Notes: generated by a model from the sequence alone, not told the origin. DNA of 64,000 bases from Phoronis australis (GCA_002633005.1 NMRA01000090.1:978736-1042735); one strand, 5' to 3'; shown: positions 1-15,479, counted from the first letter of the stretch. Translations and numbers: made by a program.

Positions 1-2003
1 TTGCAACCATCGCGAAGAAAATGTCCAAAATGTTGGCCCTTCCCTCCCGCTAAAATGTCCAGAGTAATCTAAAGTACCAATGTGCCCTGCTCCTTGCTTT
101 TATCACGACATGAAACAATGTATCAGCACGCACTATCGCTGTCTGCACACGACACTATGCGAGTGCATGTGTTCAATACCGGTGCACAGCTGAATGAGAC
201 CGTGACTATATCCAGAATATTAGGCGCATGCGCCTACCTGTATATGGGAAAATTTACTAAGTATAACCAAGAATCAAATGAAAAAAGTTCTCTGAGTAAC
301 AATGACCTTTTCTTTTCAAAATTGGAGACGTTGACATGTACTCAATACTGAAACTAAACAAAAACATTAAGCGCGACGTGCATATACGGTTAAAAGGAAG
401 TAGCCGAGCGACCCTACATTGTGAAAAGTTTTGCGTGATCTCATGTTTTCTTGTGGCCTGTGCAACACAATCCCGCCTCCCGTTCAGTAACTCATGGACC
501 TAGCTAAAGGCAAGACTTCGCAAGATTACGTGAGACGTTGCCGTGTATTCCAAGTCAGAACACATGACTTTGACTAGATTTTAGCTAGGCCCTAGCGTAC
601 ATGTAAGTCTTAGCTTTAATGAACGCACGCCCGGTGTACTTCCAGGTCAAAATAATAGCTTCAACGACCTTCTTGCAACTTATTAAAAACTGGTTTTTAT
701 TTTTTTCTCCAGAAAATAAGCCGCAAAACTGTTTTTACCTCGATATGCCTGCAAACAATTTAACAAGCATTAGGAAATCAATCCTACAAGCTCATTTGAC
801 AGAACACAAGTAAATGCCTATAACCATGAAGCTTTTCACCAAGAAGATTTAATTATATAGGTCTCCTGAATTGACTTCAAGACGACCGTATCTAATTTCA
901 CAATTGTAATTTGTTTTTCGGGCGATGGTCAAGGCCAAACGAAAGTACGCGAGATAGGCTTTGGCAATGTTCATATGCAGGGGTAGGTTTCACAGTGAGC
1001 AAACATTCGAACATGAGATAAATTGCACGTCATGTGTTCGAACCCTATTCTATTTTTTGTTAATTGTGGGTTATGAACATACGAAATTACACCAACACGA
1101 AAAAAATATTCTTGCAATCTCTTGCCAACACTATCGGCGAATAGGTAAGAAAGCATAGGGGCTGTTTGACTGGCGGGGTTTGACACTGGGGGCAGATCAC
1201 ATGCTAAGCGATCGCAAGTGATTTTTTCGAAGGGTGTATCAAACGTCTGATGCCATGTGAACGTTGTGTGGCCACGCTTTCGGAGGCCACAAATTCTCCA
1301 ACTCCAATCAGACTTAAGGCAGCGTAACTCGTAAAAACACAATCTAGGCTATGCGCTTCAACCCAGAAATAACGCAACCATGGCAACTAACGTTATGTCC
1401 ACTCATTTCAAAACTTTTTCTCCAATAAGTTTATGTATACGAGTAATTACTGTCACCCCAACGAATGCCGTTACAGTCCACAAGAACAACACGCATATAC
1501 ACGTACGCACGCACGCACACACGCGCGCGTGGAAAGCGGCATGAATCTAGTGTTTAAGAATTGAATGTGTCATAGAAGATTACACTCCCAAAATTTAGCA
1601 TGGTTACAATTATAAAAAATGCTTTCATTTATATGTGAGCATTTCCTGGACAGATTTTCTTGTTCCAAATTTTTATTTCTTAGTTCGTATTATTTTTTCT
1701 GCAAAACACATCACGACAAAAATAACAAAACATTGTATACGTAGAATAGATAAATATATGTGTCAAGACATAAACATGACAAGACGTGTACATATGATTT
1801 CATTTAAAGTCATGTGACATTATTCCTGGAATTCCTTTCAGATGTTTTTTGCAAGGCTTGGCCGACCAAGGAAAACGTTATTGGAGACACAGGCTTGTTC
1901 AAAAAACTTCTACTGAGTGAGACATAATTTTCTGTTTGGCTGTGGCAAAGCACTGACTCTGGTCATCGCCATGACTGTTAACAATTGAAACGGGCACAGG
2001 ATT

Positions 2004-2156
2004 CAGTGGCGGATTTAAAGGGGGCCAAGGAGGGCATGCCCCCCTGAAATTCTCCCAGATTCCATTTGGCAGTTCGGGGGTGCGAATGTCTGACTGCAAA
2101 ACCCTGGCTAATACTCTGCCCTGGCCCCCTATCTCAAAATCCTGGATCCGCCCCTG
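2004..2156. mobile_element. MITE with TIR cagtggcggat / atccgcccctg and 5-bp TSD ggatt
   Basis: Terminal inverted repeats; ggatt at 1999-2003 and 2157-2161; a second copy in the opposite orientation at 38216-38369. Confidence 0.8.
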
Positions 2157-4288
2157 GGATTTCACCCTGGAGCAGCATCACAGCAGTTTTCCAAAACGGT
2201 TTTACTGTTATTACATGTACCTTACGTCGTACTTGTCATCATTTCGACCCCTTTTACATTACCAGTCGCCTCCTCTAGCGGTCGGCATCCGTCACCTATA
2301 CCATTTCAGTCATCGCATGAAATGGGGAATTTTTCTGACATTGTGTTACGGCACACGAGGCACAACGTACGCTGTAAGATATCCTGTGAAATTTAGAACA
2401 CGGTTTTGCGTCCGACGCGGGATTTCAGTTCATGAGTTTGGCCAAAAACATTGCTAAAGTCACAGTTTTGGTTTCAACCATAATCAGCATCGTCAGGTAT
2501 ATTTTCCGTCCGGCAGATATTGATGCGTTTATCGAGAATCTCAATCAGTATGTATTTTTTGGTTAATGGGCTTTACACCTGTTTTTCATGCAGGGCCAGT
2601 TCAGAATCTGCATTACGTACGGGATGATTAGCTTCATATATCGTTTTTGGCTGGCCTAGTTTTCAGTAACTGATTCAGCAAATGCCTTAAAGATGCGCTA
2701 TGTGCTAATGCCTACTTTCAGAGGAGATTTCGTAAACAAGTTTTCGAGCATCTGCAACAACCTTTTGCCCCAAATGTCAAAAATGCCAAGACGCTATGCA
2801 GTACTCACAACGCCACCTGGTGGTGTGACGTAATGGCGTGATCACCGCAAACCCGTTTAGGTTATCAATTGAACTTAGCCTCTAATATAACTACTTTCAA
2901 TCACCAGAAGTCCGTTCTACATTAGATACATAACGTGCAACAAAATTAACTTAACAATTTCAATGTTGAGGTTCTCATAAACATTCCGCCGTCATTCTCA
3001 ACGCAGTTTATCACACAAAAAGGAACTAATTCATATGACTGAATTTTGCGCTCAATATCTGTATTTAGCTACAGTGCATTACTGTACATGTGTGTATTTA
3101 GGCGCATGTGCCTGTATATGGAGCAGCGCCTAAGTCTGTAATCAGGCGCATGTGTGTATGAGCGAAACACTTCAAACTGCGGCATTTCGACTGTTTAGCT
3201 GGCTAAAAACGAAAAACGAATTATGCCTTTTACAATCATATATCATAATACGCATTACCGTAATGTGATTCTTTTTCCGTGACCAACGAGAACAACGAAA
3301 CCATCAGCGAGTAAAAAATGAACACCTCAGAGTTTATTGGGCATGCAAATTCCAAAATGGCGCATTTACTGTACGCACTGCGTCACGTGACTTGAGCTGG
3401 TAACGTGAACAAGGTAAGAAGCATTGTTAAACTGGTTTTATGAGAGCAAAAATAGTTTCGTTTTCAACCAGCTAAACAACCAAAACCATTGAGCAAGATC
3501 TTTGAAATAGCATGTTAACTTGTCTCATCAGTTAAAAATAGTGATTGTAGACTTCCATTCATGTTACAGCAACTACGACTTAGGGGTACATTTAGTCAGC
3601 AACAGCACAACTACATGTACATATCACAGCTGCGTGCGCATGCGCACTGCCAAGGATCGACTAACCAGCACCTACATGTATGTGCGAAATATAAGCGCAT
3701 GCACTTATACGCGAAGCACTTCAATAAATGCTTTTTTTTTAATAAAGCGCAATCATTACCTATAGCTGAACAATAGACCTATATTGTAAATGTGGGCATC
3801 ATCACTTGCCTGGAACCTCAAGACTAGTGGGTTGTTGCAGACAACATATGTTGACATTGGAGACTACAGTCGCTGCTATTGAAGCTGATTTCTGGAACCA
3901 GAAACACTCGCGCATCGTTGCTTCCCACAATCAGCTGAATTGAATCAATTTCATCTGATTAGTCTTTTATATTTTTCCAGGATGTCGTCTGAAAAGAAAG
4001 CCGCTGTTCCTTTTCACAAGACCTGATTCTTGAAGAATAAGTGACTGCAATTTCAGCCTCAATTGTTTTGAAAGCTTGTAGCACGGAGACATTCAATTAT
4101 TGTAAAGCACAAATGCGTGTAACTGGCCGTCAGTTGGAGTAATACATATGGCTAATCAGATTTAGCGGTTTGTTACTGCTTTTACATAGAAGAATCTCTG
4201 AATCACTCTGAAGAACTTTCGGGGTGATTACCAAGGCAACGCACGTGTCTCAAGTACGTGTCTTGTAACCTTTCATTGGCCGGGTTCT

Positions 4289-4355
4289 CATGGGCGGCGC
4301 ACCATAGAGGCATGGGGGGCTATAGCCCCACTTTTTTCAGCGCTACGCAGCCAAT
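4289..4355. mobile_element. GC-rich MITE copy (opposite orientation, partial)
   Basis: catgggcggcgcaccatagaggcatggggggctatagcccc. Confidence 0.6.
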
Positions 4356-6280
4356 AGTGCTGGTTTCGGTTTTGAGCGGAGGGGAGATATGAACAATCTT
4401 GAAATAAAACTTCCTCGAAAAGTTGGTGTGCGTACTCACTCAAATATCTACAAATGTACAAGTAACTATATATTTTGCCTATTTTTTGATTTTTGACTTT
4501 ATACCAATTTGCCGTTAATTTGGTCACGTGACCATGTCTTTTAGCAATATTTAGCAGGAAAATACATTCGTACGAAAACAAAGGTATCAATGACGTGGCT
4601 AATGTTTATTTGATTTACTTTTAAATGTTCAAGATGAAATGATATGTTACAGAGATCTCAAATATCATTTCGTTTTCGTTTTATGCACCGTTTGAGTTTT
4701 ATTCATAATCCATATTTCGATAGTCTCTCAAGAAAAAGTGGAAAATTTCAAAAACAATTCCTAACTTTGGCCTTCGTATGGTTGTTCATTGGCAGATATA
4801 GAGCCCCCCAGGGCATTGTTAACTGAAGATTCCAGAAAAAACGATTTGCGAATCGGACAGCAAGATGAATGGCAATCGGCGTGCATTGTTGGTGAATCGA
4901 GAAAGGCTTTCAAATGGCTCATCACAACGCGCCAACATATAAATCGTAATTGCGATTTTCTTATTTTAAAAGGTCGCTAAACTCTGAAAGTGTTCTATGT
5001 GCTACAGTACATAGCATTATGACACATCGTTTTCGGATGCCATCTGGAACAGTCCCAACAAACACAAATGGATCTTGTTATTGACACTATCGGTTTGATT
5101 TGAATGTCCTCTCTCTTTGTTTAGATTTTACTAAAACAATGCGGACACTTAATGATAGATTGGCAAAAATATAAAAAAATCAAAAAGGCTTTCTACATCC
5201 AGATAAAAACATACGTTTACAGAATTAAATCTAGTTATACATATATTTGGCTAAACACACCGACTTGTCAATAGGACCTCCACAACCTTGACATTATTGG
5301 TACAGTATATAAATGAAAAAGAACCGTAGAAAAATGATATCAAAGTCGGTCCTTGAAATAAAAGACATCTGTGTAACTGAAATTATGCTGCCAAACTATT
5401 CTAGAAATGTGAGTCTCCACATGCCAATTGCAGTGTTATTATCAATCGAGTTTGAAACAATCAAGTTGCACAATGAATGGTATTCTTTTTATTTTTACTG
5501 GCAACCTTCTGAGAGCCCTCCTACTGTAGTCTCATCAAGGAGTGCACTCCTTGGTCTCATCAAAATGCAGGCCTTGTATATAGAATATCACGTTCGATAC
5601 CTACATGTACGCGTATTCAGGGGACCTCTTTGGTAATAAGTGTTTATTGACAATGGCCTACAAATGAGTAGAAACCTCAGATTTTTGACAAAGTTTGAAT
5701 ATCTTAATGTTTCTTCTGGTACGGAGTAGTTGCGATGCCCCACAAAGCAAACGATACATGTAGTCCGTGCACTATTCGCCAGGAAATGGATCGATTCCCG
5801 AAGCCCCTTCGCAATGTTTGCCTACGATTCTGTACTTTAGACAGCTAGTACGGTGTACAGAGTCCAATAACGCTAGTACCTCGCTAGAGAAGTAAGATTT
5901 CGTGAGACATTGTCGCGTAATTTCAGTGAGAGCACGTGGCAGTGGCTAGATTTTCTGGCTACGAGACAGTTACTGTGCTCTACCAGGCCTACATGACACA
6001 TTTTCCAAATTACGATCCCACTAAGAACAACTCAAGTACATGCAGATACACTACACTTGTTCATGCAATTTGCCGGAGAGTGCCTGTAACAGTGAGATGA
6101 ATGAAACTCACTTGCATTCGACAATGACCAAGGCACACGAGCAAACTGTATTCAGATGTGCACTTCTAGTGCTGTTATCAAAAACGTAAGAGTGCGAATT
6201 TTTGTCAACCCACCGACGTGCATGGAACGGAAAATATCCAATTCAATAAATTTCTGAATCCTTATGTAGAGTATTGAAAA

Positions 6281-6600
6281 TTTCTTCGAAACGAACTCGA
6301 AATTGTTTTTGGCAGTTTCTCTGCTTTTTTTCTGCGAACTCAAGATAAGTGGTTATTAGACGATGCTCGAATACATTATATTTTACGCATATAAGTTTCT
6401 AGTCCAAGTTTGCGCTTGATGACCCTTACATTCTTGCAACAAACTCGAGTAAAAATTCGAAATTTCGAGTTCAAACTCGAACATTTAGCCTTAATGTTGG
6501 GTTTATCAACTGCAAACTAGGACTAAAAATTATGCACGTAAGTCAATATGTACTCGAGTATAGAATACTAGACACTTATTTTGAATTCCAGTTCGAGTAA
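6281..6600. mobile_element. Fold-back MITE rich in ctcgag/ttcgaa; second copy at ~10255-10650
   Basis: Arms 6336-6413 and 6512-6588 are reverse-complementary. aaactcgagtaaaaattcgaaatttcgagttcaaactcga matches the reverse complement of 10370-10435. Confidence 0.65.
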
Positions 6601-9600
6601 ACAGGTTAGAACCCGATTCTTTTGTTGACGGGTGGGGGGGGGGCTCGAGTCCACAGAATGGGGGTTTGCAGTTCGCTGAAATCTTTCATTCGCCCGCCAG
6701 AGAGTGTACCGTTGATATTGGCCACATAGCCTAAATATCTATTAGATACAAAAACTAAGAGGGAACCGAGACGTTACCTTGAGGCTAAATAGCCATCCGA
6801 CCTCGTGACTGAGAAAGCATGTCGACAACGTGCTGAAAAGCCCGTGATACCTTTTAATTTTATCAAGAGCAGATGACCCAGTGTCTTCCATTAGAGTCAT
6901 TTGTACACTAACAGTATTATCGGCCGGGCTACTGCAGTACATATATGGTCGAAAATACAGTTTCATGTTTTATTAAGAAGTTTCCATCACTTAGAGCGAG
7001 TAGGTTCACTTGGATTAGGCCCTACGTGACTAGTTTCGACACGTAACGTGAGTGCGGTGCGCATGCGACGAGAACGAGAATTCATCGGTATAAGCAGGAT
7101 ACCAAGAATGGATGGAACCGTGAAATGGAGGGAAGTTGGCCTCGGAGGGGAAGTTGGCCAAGTAAAAGTTCTAATTTCTTCCTGGTGTTAGTTACATGGC
7201 GCTCGAGGCCTTTTCTCAAAACCCCTCGCTTTCTATGAAAGGATGCATTTTCCGATTTAATTCCTTGCAGAGATTCACGACATCTGAGTTCGAAATCCTA
7301 GAGAAAAGGTTCCTTTCCAACTATAAAATATAAAATATAAAAAGGGTTATTGATGTTAATTACCGGCATGGTATCCATTGAACTATCGGTTGCAAAAATA
7401 TGCACTCATTTTTGCCATCTCTTGTCGTGCTGTTTCAGGCTTAATTCGAGAATTTCCACAAAAGGGTGGTGCATGCTTAAAGATCAAAATACCATTAACG
7501 TTGACATCGTTTCTGTGGAATTTCCTTATCAATGGGTTTCTTCTCGTGTCCACCACAGCGCTAAATTGGTGGATATTTCACATTTCAAAGTTCACCCTCG
7601 TCAAAATGTACCCGAGTAGGCCTACCCCCTAAGATAGCAGAATGGGATCGCTGGCGGGGAAGGCAACTTCAGACGACGAGTTTTCATTGTGTTGTAATCC
7701 ATTGGGGCAAGTAAATAGAACAGACTATACACATGTACATGGACTTATGTTCGTTTACATGGGTTGACGCCACAAATTCTGACAGATGTTTTTGTACTGA
7801 TTGTAAGGAGTCGCGCGATAGAAGTTAAGTACATTTGTCTATGTAGTATACTGACACCGGGTTATCGGCTGGAACTAAAACTTTTGCCGTACGGTAACTA
7901 TCCATATAGGTCTCGTATGAGGCCCTACGGTGTTTTAACCGGGCAGCACAGCAATGGGTTAACTGGTTTTATGTGCATATAAATCAACGCAATGATGGAA
8001 TCACCACCTAAAATCATTATTTGTAGTTTATGTGACGCCGATGATATTGCGTGGTATAACGATGGCAAGTCTGTGACCCTGCATAAATATGGGATACGTA
8101 ACGTATAAATTTTCAAGATATCAAAACAAAAACTCACCTGGAGATATATTTGGATATCCCGTTCATCAACATTCACACGTCGTAAGTGACCGAACCCAAT
8201 CTGTTTTCATGGTGTCGCTTCGTTGCCGGTGCGCTGAACAACTGATGCGCTTAGATCAACGGTAGTCAGCGCCACGCGAGATGGAGACGGAACACTAATG
8301 ACGTCACGCTAACATGAGGTTCGACAGTCAAACAAGGGTAGCTATCGACTCAAGAAATTATCGAATGACTGCGTCTTTGAAGTGCTACTTGTTTTCTCAG
8401 AATCAAACCTGCTTTTCCTACGGAGCATTGGAAAGATGTCAATAAAAACTTGTGAACCTATTCACATCGATAATATTTTTCGTCGAGTTTGTCATAATCG
8501 AATTACATGCTTAACGATTCAAATGGGCTAAACTCTTAAAAACTAGAACACGCGGGAAATCAAGTAAAAAGATTTACTCACAGAAAGTTACACTGAATTC
8601 TTGGGAAATTCACTTCATTGTGGTCGGTGTTCAAAAGCGCCGGGGAGATGCTGGTGATCCAGCGGAGCCCCTATATTGATGTACATGTAGGATGCCCCTG
8701 TAATAGCTTGTGCTCTAGTGACTGGGTTCCCCACATAGTCCTCGCTCAAAAGATATTGAAACGAAGATGGAAAGCAAAGCATGGGTCCTACCTCGAGGAC
8801 ACGCCCTTCTCAACACTCCCGAAATCTAAAGTTTGCACTTATATAACTATCTTGGCTTTCAAGCCCGGGCCGTGTGCTTGAACTGGTAGGGTAGACAAAA
8901 AGGATGTAGTCTGACAACGTCCCCGCAAAACGATAGATTTTTGCACACACATTACACCGAGCATTATTTGACATCTATATGTAGGAGAGAGCGGGGATAT
9001 TTGAAATGCCATGCTGTAAGTTGTAACACTCGCCATTTGTCTGAATCTCTGATGACAGTGTCATCCCTCGAGCATCTTATACCGGTATAGAATCGTAACG
9101 CGGGATTTCGCATAAAACGCGTGGAGCCCAGCTGCTTCGATGTTAAGTCCAAATAACTTATTGTTGACCCCTCAGATAAATAACATGTTTGTCCATGATT
9201 CAAATATGCTATGATTAATTTCGGAAAGTAATATTTTATGTATAAGAGTCTTGTTAATGCAAATCACATTTCTTTCATTCCGTAACACTTTCTAAACAGC
9301 AGTAGAAGTCACAAATTAATTAGGACAAGTTGCAGTGGGTTACAACTGAGCTTACTCCACCTGGCAAAGACCGTGCACTATAGGTAAAATATGATAAACG
9401 TTGTGTGCGAGGAGTGGTACCATTAGATGGCGCTGCTTACCTGGGAAGGCGGGTAGAACTGTGCTGCTGAATTTTGGTGTAAAATATTATTTGTGAGGAA
9501 GACGATTACTTCAAATCAAACCAGTCGAAGGAGGAGTGGACAGGGATTCCGTAGGTGCTAAAGACTGAGTGCGTACATCACCAAAATTAGTGCTTATGTT

Positions 9601-12600
9601 TTGTACATTCCCGTTGTGCCGAAACTTCGTTGTACCTAACAACAATTTGTTTTCGATTACTTCGGGCTTGGTTTAAAATTGAAAGGGGTCATTTCAAGTT
9701 GAATTTATGAGAATTGTATTGTTGCATTGCGAACTTGAACTATAGTCGATTGACAGTGCGAGATAAAGCAACGAGTAAGGACACCTTTGATTTGCTTACG
9801 AGTGGTGGCTCATGATATTGGCCAGACATCTGTAATAATATGTTTTGTCTTTCCTTTTTGACGGAATATATTTGAACTTTTTGGGCTACAAAATGTAGAA
9901 CAACCTTCCTGGTGCTTCTCTCCAGTGAGACACGCGGAGAGTGAAGCGCTAACTGGTCCATAAGCGATGACCTAGTTTACGCAGAGAACCTGGTGGATGA
10001 CCTAGTTTACGAATTGCTGGTAATGGGCGACCTACAACGTGCAATGTACATTGACTCCGCGGCGTCCATTGGATTTGGCTTTCATCGTGTGCGATTCCGC
10101 GTGCATAATTATATACTAAGCTGGAGTAGAACAGAGACTTGCCTTTATGTACTGAGTAATGAACAGGAACTCTAGTGAAACAAATTCTCTGCTGCATCCA
10201 GCATCAGAGGCAGACGGAGATAATCTGTTTATTCTGGCCTCGAAACAGACTTGTGACTCGAATTCACGTAACATTTTCCATTGTACTTTGGTATGAACTC
10301 AAGATGTATTGTGATTGATGTGAATGGCTGTGTAATCCTGTTTTGTACCAGATGACCTCAGCATTGACGAGCTCGAGTCTGAACTCAGAATTTCGAATTT
10401 TTATTCGAAATCTGATTTTTTACTCAAGTTTGTAGCTGAAACATTGCGGTCTTTAGCTGCGAAGTTGGTCTTACACAGTGTTTTTTGTAACGCGTAAGAT
10501 GCTCAAAAACCGGCTGTTGTCATTTGCCGTTGTCCCTTAATAATAAATAAATAATTAGCTTAAGTTCGTGTTTAAGTGTGACACATGATAAACTGGCAAA
10601 TGTTTTTCCGAGTTCAGTTTCGAGTAAAAAGAGTAAATCTCGGTTCCAAATTCAGTTATTTGTTTAGATTATCATAAAGCATTATTTGAAGCTCTTAAGA
10701 ATCTTTAGTGAAATGTTGATTTATCACTGCTATCAATATGATATCCAGTCCTATGTAACAATGGGTGTACATGTGGTTATTTACAAGTGCAAAGAGGTTT
10801 ACCATGTGGGAGACACATTCAGTAACACTATATTTTCTCTTGCACCGAAATAATGAGCTATTGACAGTGTACACAAAAACCAACAAACGCACATGCAGTA
10901 TACTGAAAACATTTCACTTCTCAGGGGCCAGTTTTATGAAAGTTACTAAGACTTTGGGACAGAAAATTGGTATTACGCTCCCTCTAGTCTGCACAATTGA
11001 CTAATAAAGGTTTAGTCAAGCCTGAGTGCATCACACTCTAAACAACTTGAATGCAATACTTTCAATTGTCAGAACAATACAGTTGAGTCTTAATGACTCG
11101 GTCAGCTACCAAAAGCACACAGCTGATCTCATGAACTACTACAGCAGTTTTGTGTATTTACTCGAATAGGATATTTATACAAAAATCAAAGTTCATGAAA
11201 CGAAAACTGTAACATCGATATTGAACTTTCAAAAGTTGAGCAAATGTATCAGTTGAAATTTGGCCATGCTATTGATAAAGTTGTTTTGCTGCGAATGTTT
11301 ACCTTTCTTTTTGTTAAATTATAATAAACTAAAGACGTAATTTCATGGCCAGATTAAGTTGACGTATTGGTTTAAAGTAAAAAATCAACTTCCTAAAGAT
11401 TTTCTACGTTCAGAAGATACCGCGGGTACAGTATATACTTTCACATAGCTTTGTGGAAATTGGGCTAAATGCACAAAAAATGACGTCATTCATAACCTTA
11501 AAATATTCCGACCTACCCCACAACAATCTCTGAACAACCAGCCCAGCATTTCAATGGATAATTTGCAAAATGGCGATACATGCGTTTAAGGTGCATGTAT
11601 GTTTTCAGGCTCACAAAAGAGTCTTGTTGACTCTGTTAGCTACCGCAAGCAAACAACTGGAAAGTGTTCTTCTTAGAACAAAGCTTTAGAGGATGAAGGA
11701 TACTACTAATATTACTAATTCGTCGGTTCTGAAAAACTACATTTCTAGCTCTAAGTACATTGGAGTTCGTCATGTATACGGCGTTGGAAATTTGTATAAT
11801 TCCATCACACGTGGTGAATATCGGGAATTATAGGCGAAGCAAAAGAATTATGACTCAAAATTAAGATAAGACGGGCGTTTAAAATCCTTTAATATCAATT
11901 TGTACTTTGCCGTCTTTTCATAAGTAACTCCTCCAATGCCATTTCGTTCACATCATGCCGGGCTACACGCTATACTACAAGCTTTCTCACATTTCAAACT
12001 AAACACCTCAACACGCTTTTCATAAATTTCATATTGTCCGAGCAAGCACGATTTTTTTTAAACCGCGATAATCGAAATTCGACTGTGACACCAACACACA
12101 AGCCGTAATTGGTGTAAAATGGTAACTGAAGAATGAGACTCGCCAAGACACTGTAAAACAATTTCACAAAAGTGACACTTGGCTGGAAGTAGTTCCCTGT
12201 GAGCCTGTGTTTTGATAAAGCTAGGACCAATATCATATGTATATTACTCCCAGGTTTGAGTAAAGATTACAAAAAGAAGAGAAAAATCCTTGACGTGGGA
12301 AAAACAAAAAAGGTCACCCTTAGTGATGCTCGATAAAATTCCTGGCTGACTGACAGCCATGAGCTATGATGAGCCCCGTCGCCTAAAGAGATTTTAGCAC
12401 CCTGCCCGGAATGACGTAATTCTTTTCATGCCTTCTTGCGTGATAAGTCCCGTCCACACACACACACAGCCTATCCTGGAACACCTTGCACTAGTATGTG
12501 ACCACAAAAATTACGTCCACACACACACATATCTAACAACTAGGGTTAGGCGGAAGTTGTCGCTCTGTGCCTAGCAAAGAACGCCTAATGTGAGTATGGC

Positions 12601-15479
12601 GCTCAAAAGAAAACCCGTCTGTACGTAACCGCAGCCGACAATTACTGTCACCCTAGCCCGCTTTTGTGGCCACACGGCGATTACAAGTGGCGCAAGTTAC
12701 CCTAGAACAATTTACCACACCTCAATAATGTGGAGTTAGTTGTCACAAGTGGGATAAGTTACGCACTATCGTCCAGACAGAACTCAAACCTAATGACAAC
12801 TCTTCCAGGAGTAACTTGTTCTTGAGTCTGTGTGCGTATACTAGGCACTCGTATCTACAGTCTAGGGTTTGTGGACGGCACTTAAAAGTTGTCACGATCG
12901 GAAGTGGGAACACTCAAACCAAGCGACAACTCTTTCCAGGAACAACTGAACTTTTTCAAGCTAGCTAGTGTGGATGGGGACTTTAGAAATTATGCAGGGC
13001 ATAATCATAGAACTTTAACCTTAGAATGCATCTTTGATTTCGTCCTGCTGAGGTTGCGCCGTACATGCGTGGCATTTGTTTGAATTTGTTTGTTCCGGTG
13101 TTGGTTATTCCTATGGAATATACTGTCAATAAAACTTTTTGCAATCAAATTGAATAAAATTCGTATCATCAGAAAGCACTTCATCAGCTCTTGATAGTGT
13201 ATGATTATAGTGGAAAGAAACAATAAAGAATTTAATTCATAAATAATCATCATTTCCCATACCTGACCAATATATCTTTTAATTCTAGAAAACAAGACCG
13301 AAAAATAATAGGGTATAATTGTTACATAAAAGGAAAATGAACCAGAGAGGTTATATACATGTAAATAAACCAACAGGGAGATAATTTCAATGATTCACGT
13401 AAGATTTTTACCCTCTCAATACAAAGATTTTAGAATATGGATCCCTCACAGTTGCTGTGAAGAATTTTGGAGGCACTGCTACAAAACATGGGATAAACTA
13501 ATTACTCCAACTACCTATCGGAAATTTGCAGAGAAAGACTTTCTGATAGTTAAAAAAGACCATTGGTAAACATGTATAGTGTAGGTTTGAAATGTTTTTT
13601 GGATAGATCATTACATAATTAAGTTGCAGTGTTGGACTTTGCGTAGTTGTTTGGAAAAAAACTAATTTCATTAGAAATTAACAATCGGTGGTCGTGACAA
13701 ATGAAGTGTGTTTTACCGTAAACAAGAGATAGTGTATTGGGACACGTTTTTAGGATTGTTGTGTTAGTAAAGAAAGTGGACTCTGGAAAATAGCGATATT
13801 CATGACAAAGAGACAAATGAGCACCTGTAGTTGACAGCATTCGAGAATGAAAAAACGGGACAACTGGACTGAAAAGCGGGAGTCTCAGATAAAAATTAGA
13901 GGGGCATCTGGGTCAATTCCAAAACGCAAATGTTTGCCACATCCGTGACACAAAAGCGTCCTGGCAGCGTTTTTTTGTCGAACAAGAGACGTTACAACAC
14001 AAAAGCGCCCGACGGTGTTTTTTGTTTTTGTAAGTCGAATGGACAATTGAAGGGGCCTGAAAAACTCATGCAGTGCCCCCTTTTGTTTGTTTTAGTCGAA
14101 TTGGAACAAGTGCTATGTTGCGTGAGACATTACAGGATATGATAGTATATGTATGTCCACGTCGCAGTGTGTCAAAAAGCGAGAAATTTTGTCGGTGTAG
14201 TGAGATGATGGGAAGAAATTGAAAAAGTCGAGTCCACCAAGAGCGAGACAACTGTCAAGAACAATGTACGTTGTCAGCGACCCAAAGGATTGGATTTTTT
14301 GCAAGGTAAACTTCTAATTTTTCAAATTATATTTCGCATGTCTGGGTAAATACCACAAGTAACATCCATTGCTCAGAAATAGAACCAGCAAAGAAGAATC
14401 TCGGCAACAGGTAAACATTGCACAAATGAATTACCGAGAAGCAACTGAACACAGTCATAATTGAGGCCAACACAAACACAAACATACGTCTACGCAATAC
14501 GAGTACTTTTTTCGAAAATCGCGTGAACAAATCTGCTAGTAGGGGTTAAACTTTTCATTAATAATTGCAGAACAAACACACAGAAACCAAATGACTGCTT
14601 CATTCCGTAAAAAAAGAAAAAAATCAGTAGCATACTGTATCATATTTCTAACACCTATGAAAATGACTTGTTGAAGATTTCTAACATGTACATTGATAGG
14701 TTGTCGAAAGTGGTTCCAAAACTGGAGATGAAAATATATCAGAGGCCAGACTCGCTATTCCCGGTATCCGGCCAAAGGCCACGGGTCGGCCCGGGTGCAT
14801 AAAAGGTAACCAATATAATTGTCGGGTTTATTGCCCGGACTTTGCCGGAAGTGCGCAAGCATTATCATGGCGCAGATCGTGAAATCGCTGGTTTCTGAAT
14901 GTGTAGCTGAGTCAAGAGTCCCTTGCCTTTGAACACAAATGTCAAAAATTAAAATGAAGCAAAGAATAAAGGCTTGATTTGTGACGACTTCAACACTAGA
15001 TCAAAGCTGGCCCAAAATTCTCATCGGTGCGAGAAGCTCGATCTTACTGCTCACTGAATCAGGGGGTGGCAAGTTCTCGGTCACGTGCAAGAGTTGGCAT
15101 TCCGGGGCTAGAGTATATGATGTAATAAAGGCACGTCACCTCTCAGTTTCACTGCGTGATTAATTGTTCTAAGTTGAGCTCTGATTTTTTAAAAAAAAAT
15201 AGCAGTTTTGTGATGTTTCGCCATGTGACACATACAGAACCGATCATGTCGTTGTAAATATTCCGAAATAACCAACAAACATATATCACACTATGCCATA
15301 CGAAACTGACCCGGGCAGGGGGGGTAAGTAAAGTCTTGAGTAGGCCTGGGTGGCTACATTCTTCAGAAACTCAGTCGCGACTGAAGCGTAAGATCAAACA
15401 CACGGCAACTCAGAACTCACTTAATTGTATGCGGCCGAGAACTAACGCGCGCACGAATTTACTTGCCTCCACGGAAAGC

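Noticed and set aside
6281-10650. 4.4-kb composite transposon bounded by long inverted repeats
   Set aside because: The flanking repeat is itself a fold-back MITE, so two independent copies explain the pattern. No transposase or TSD was seen.
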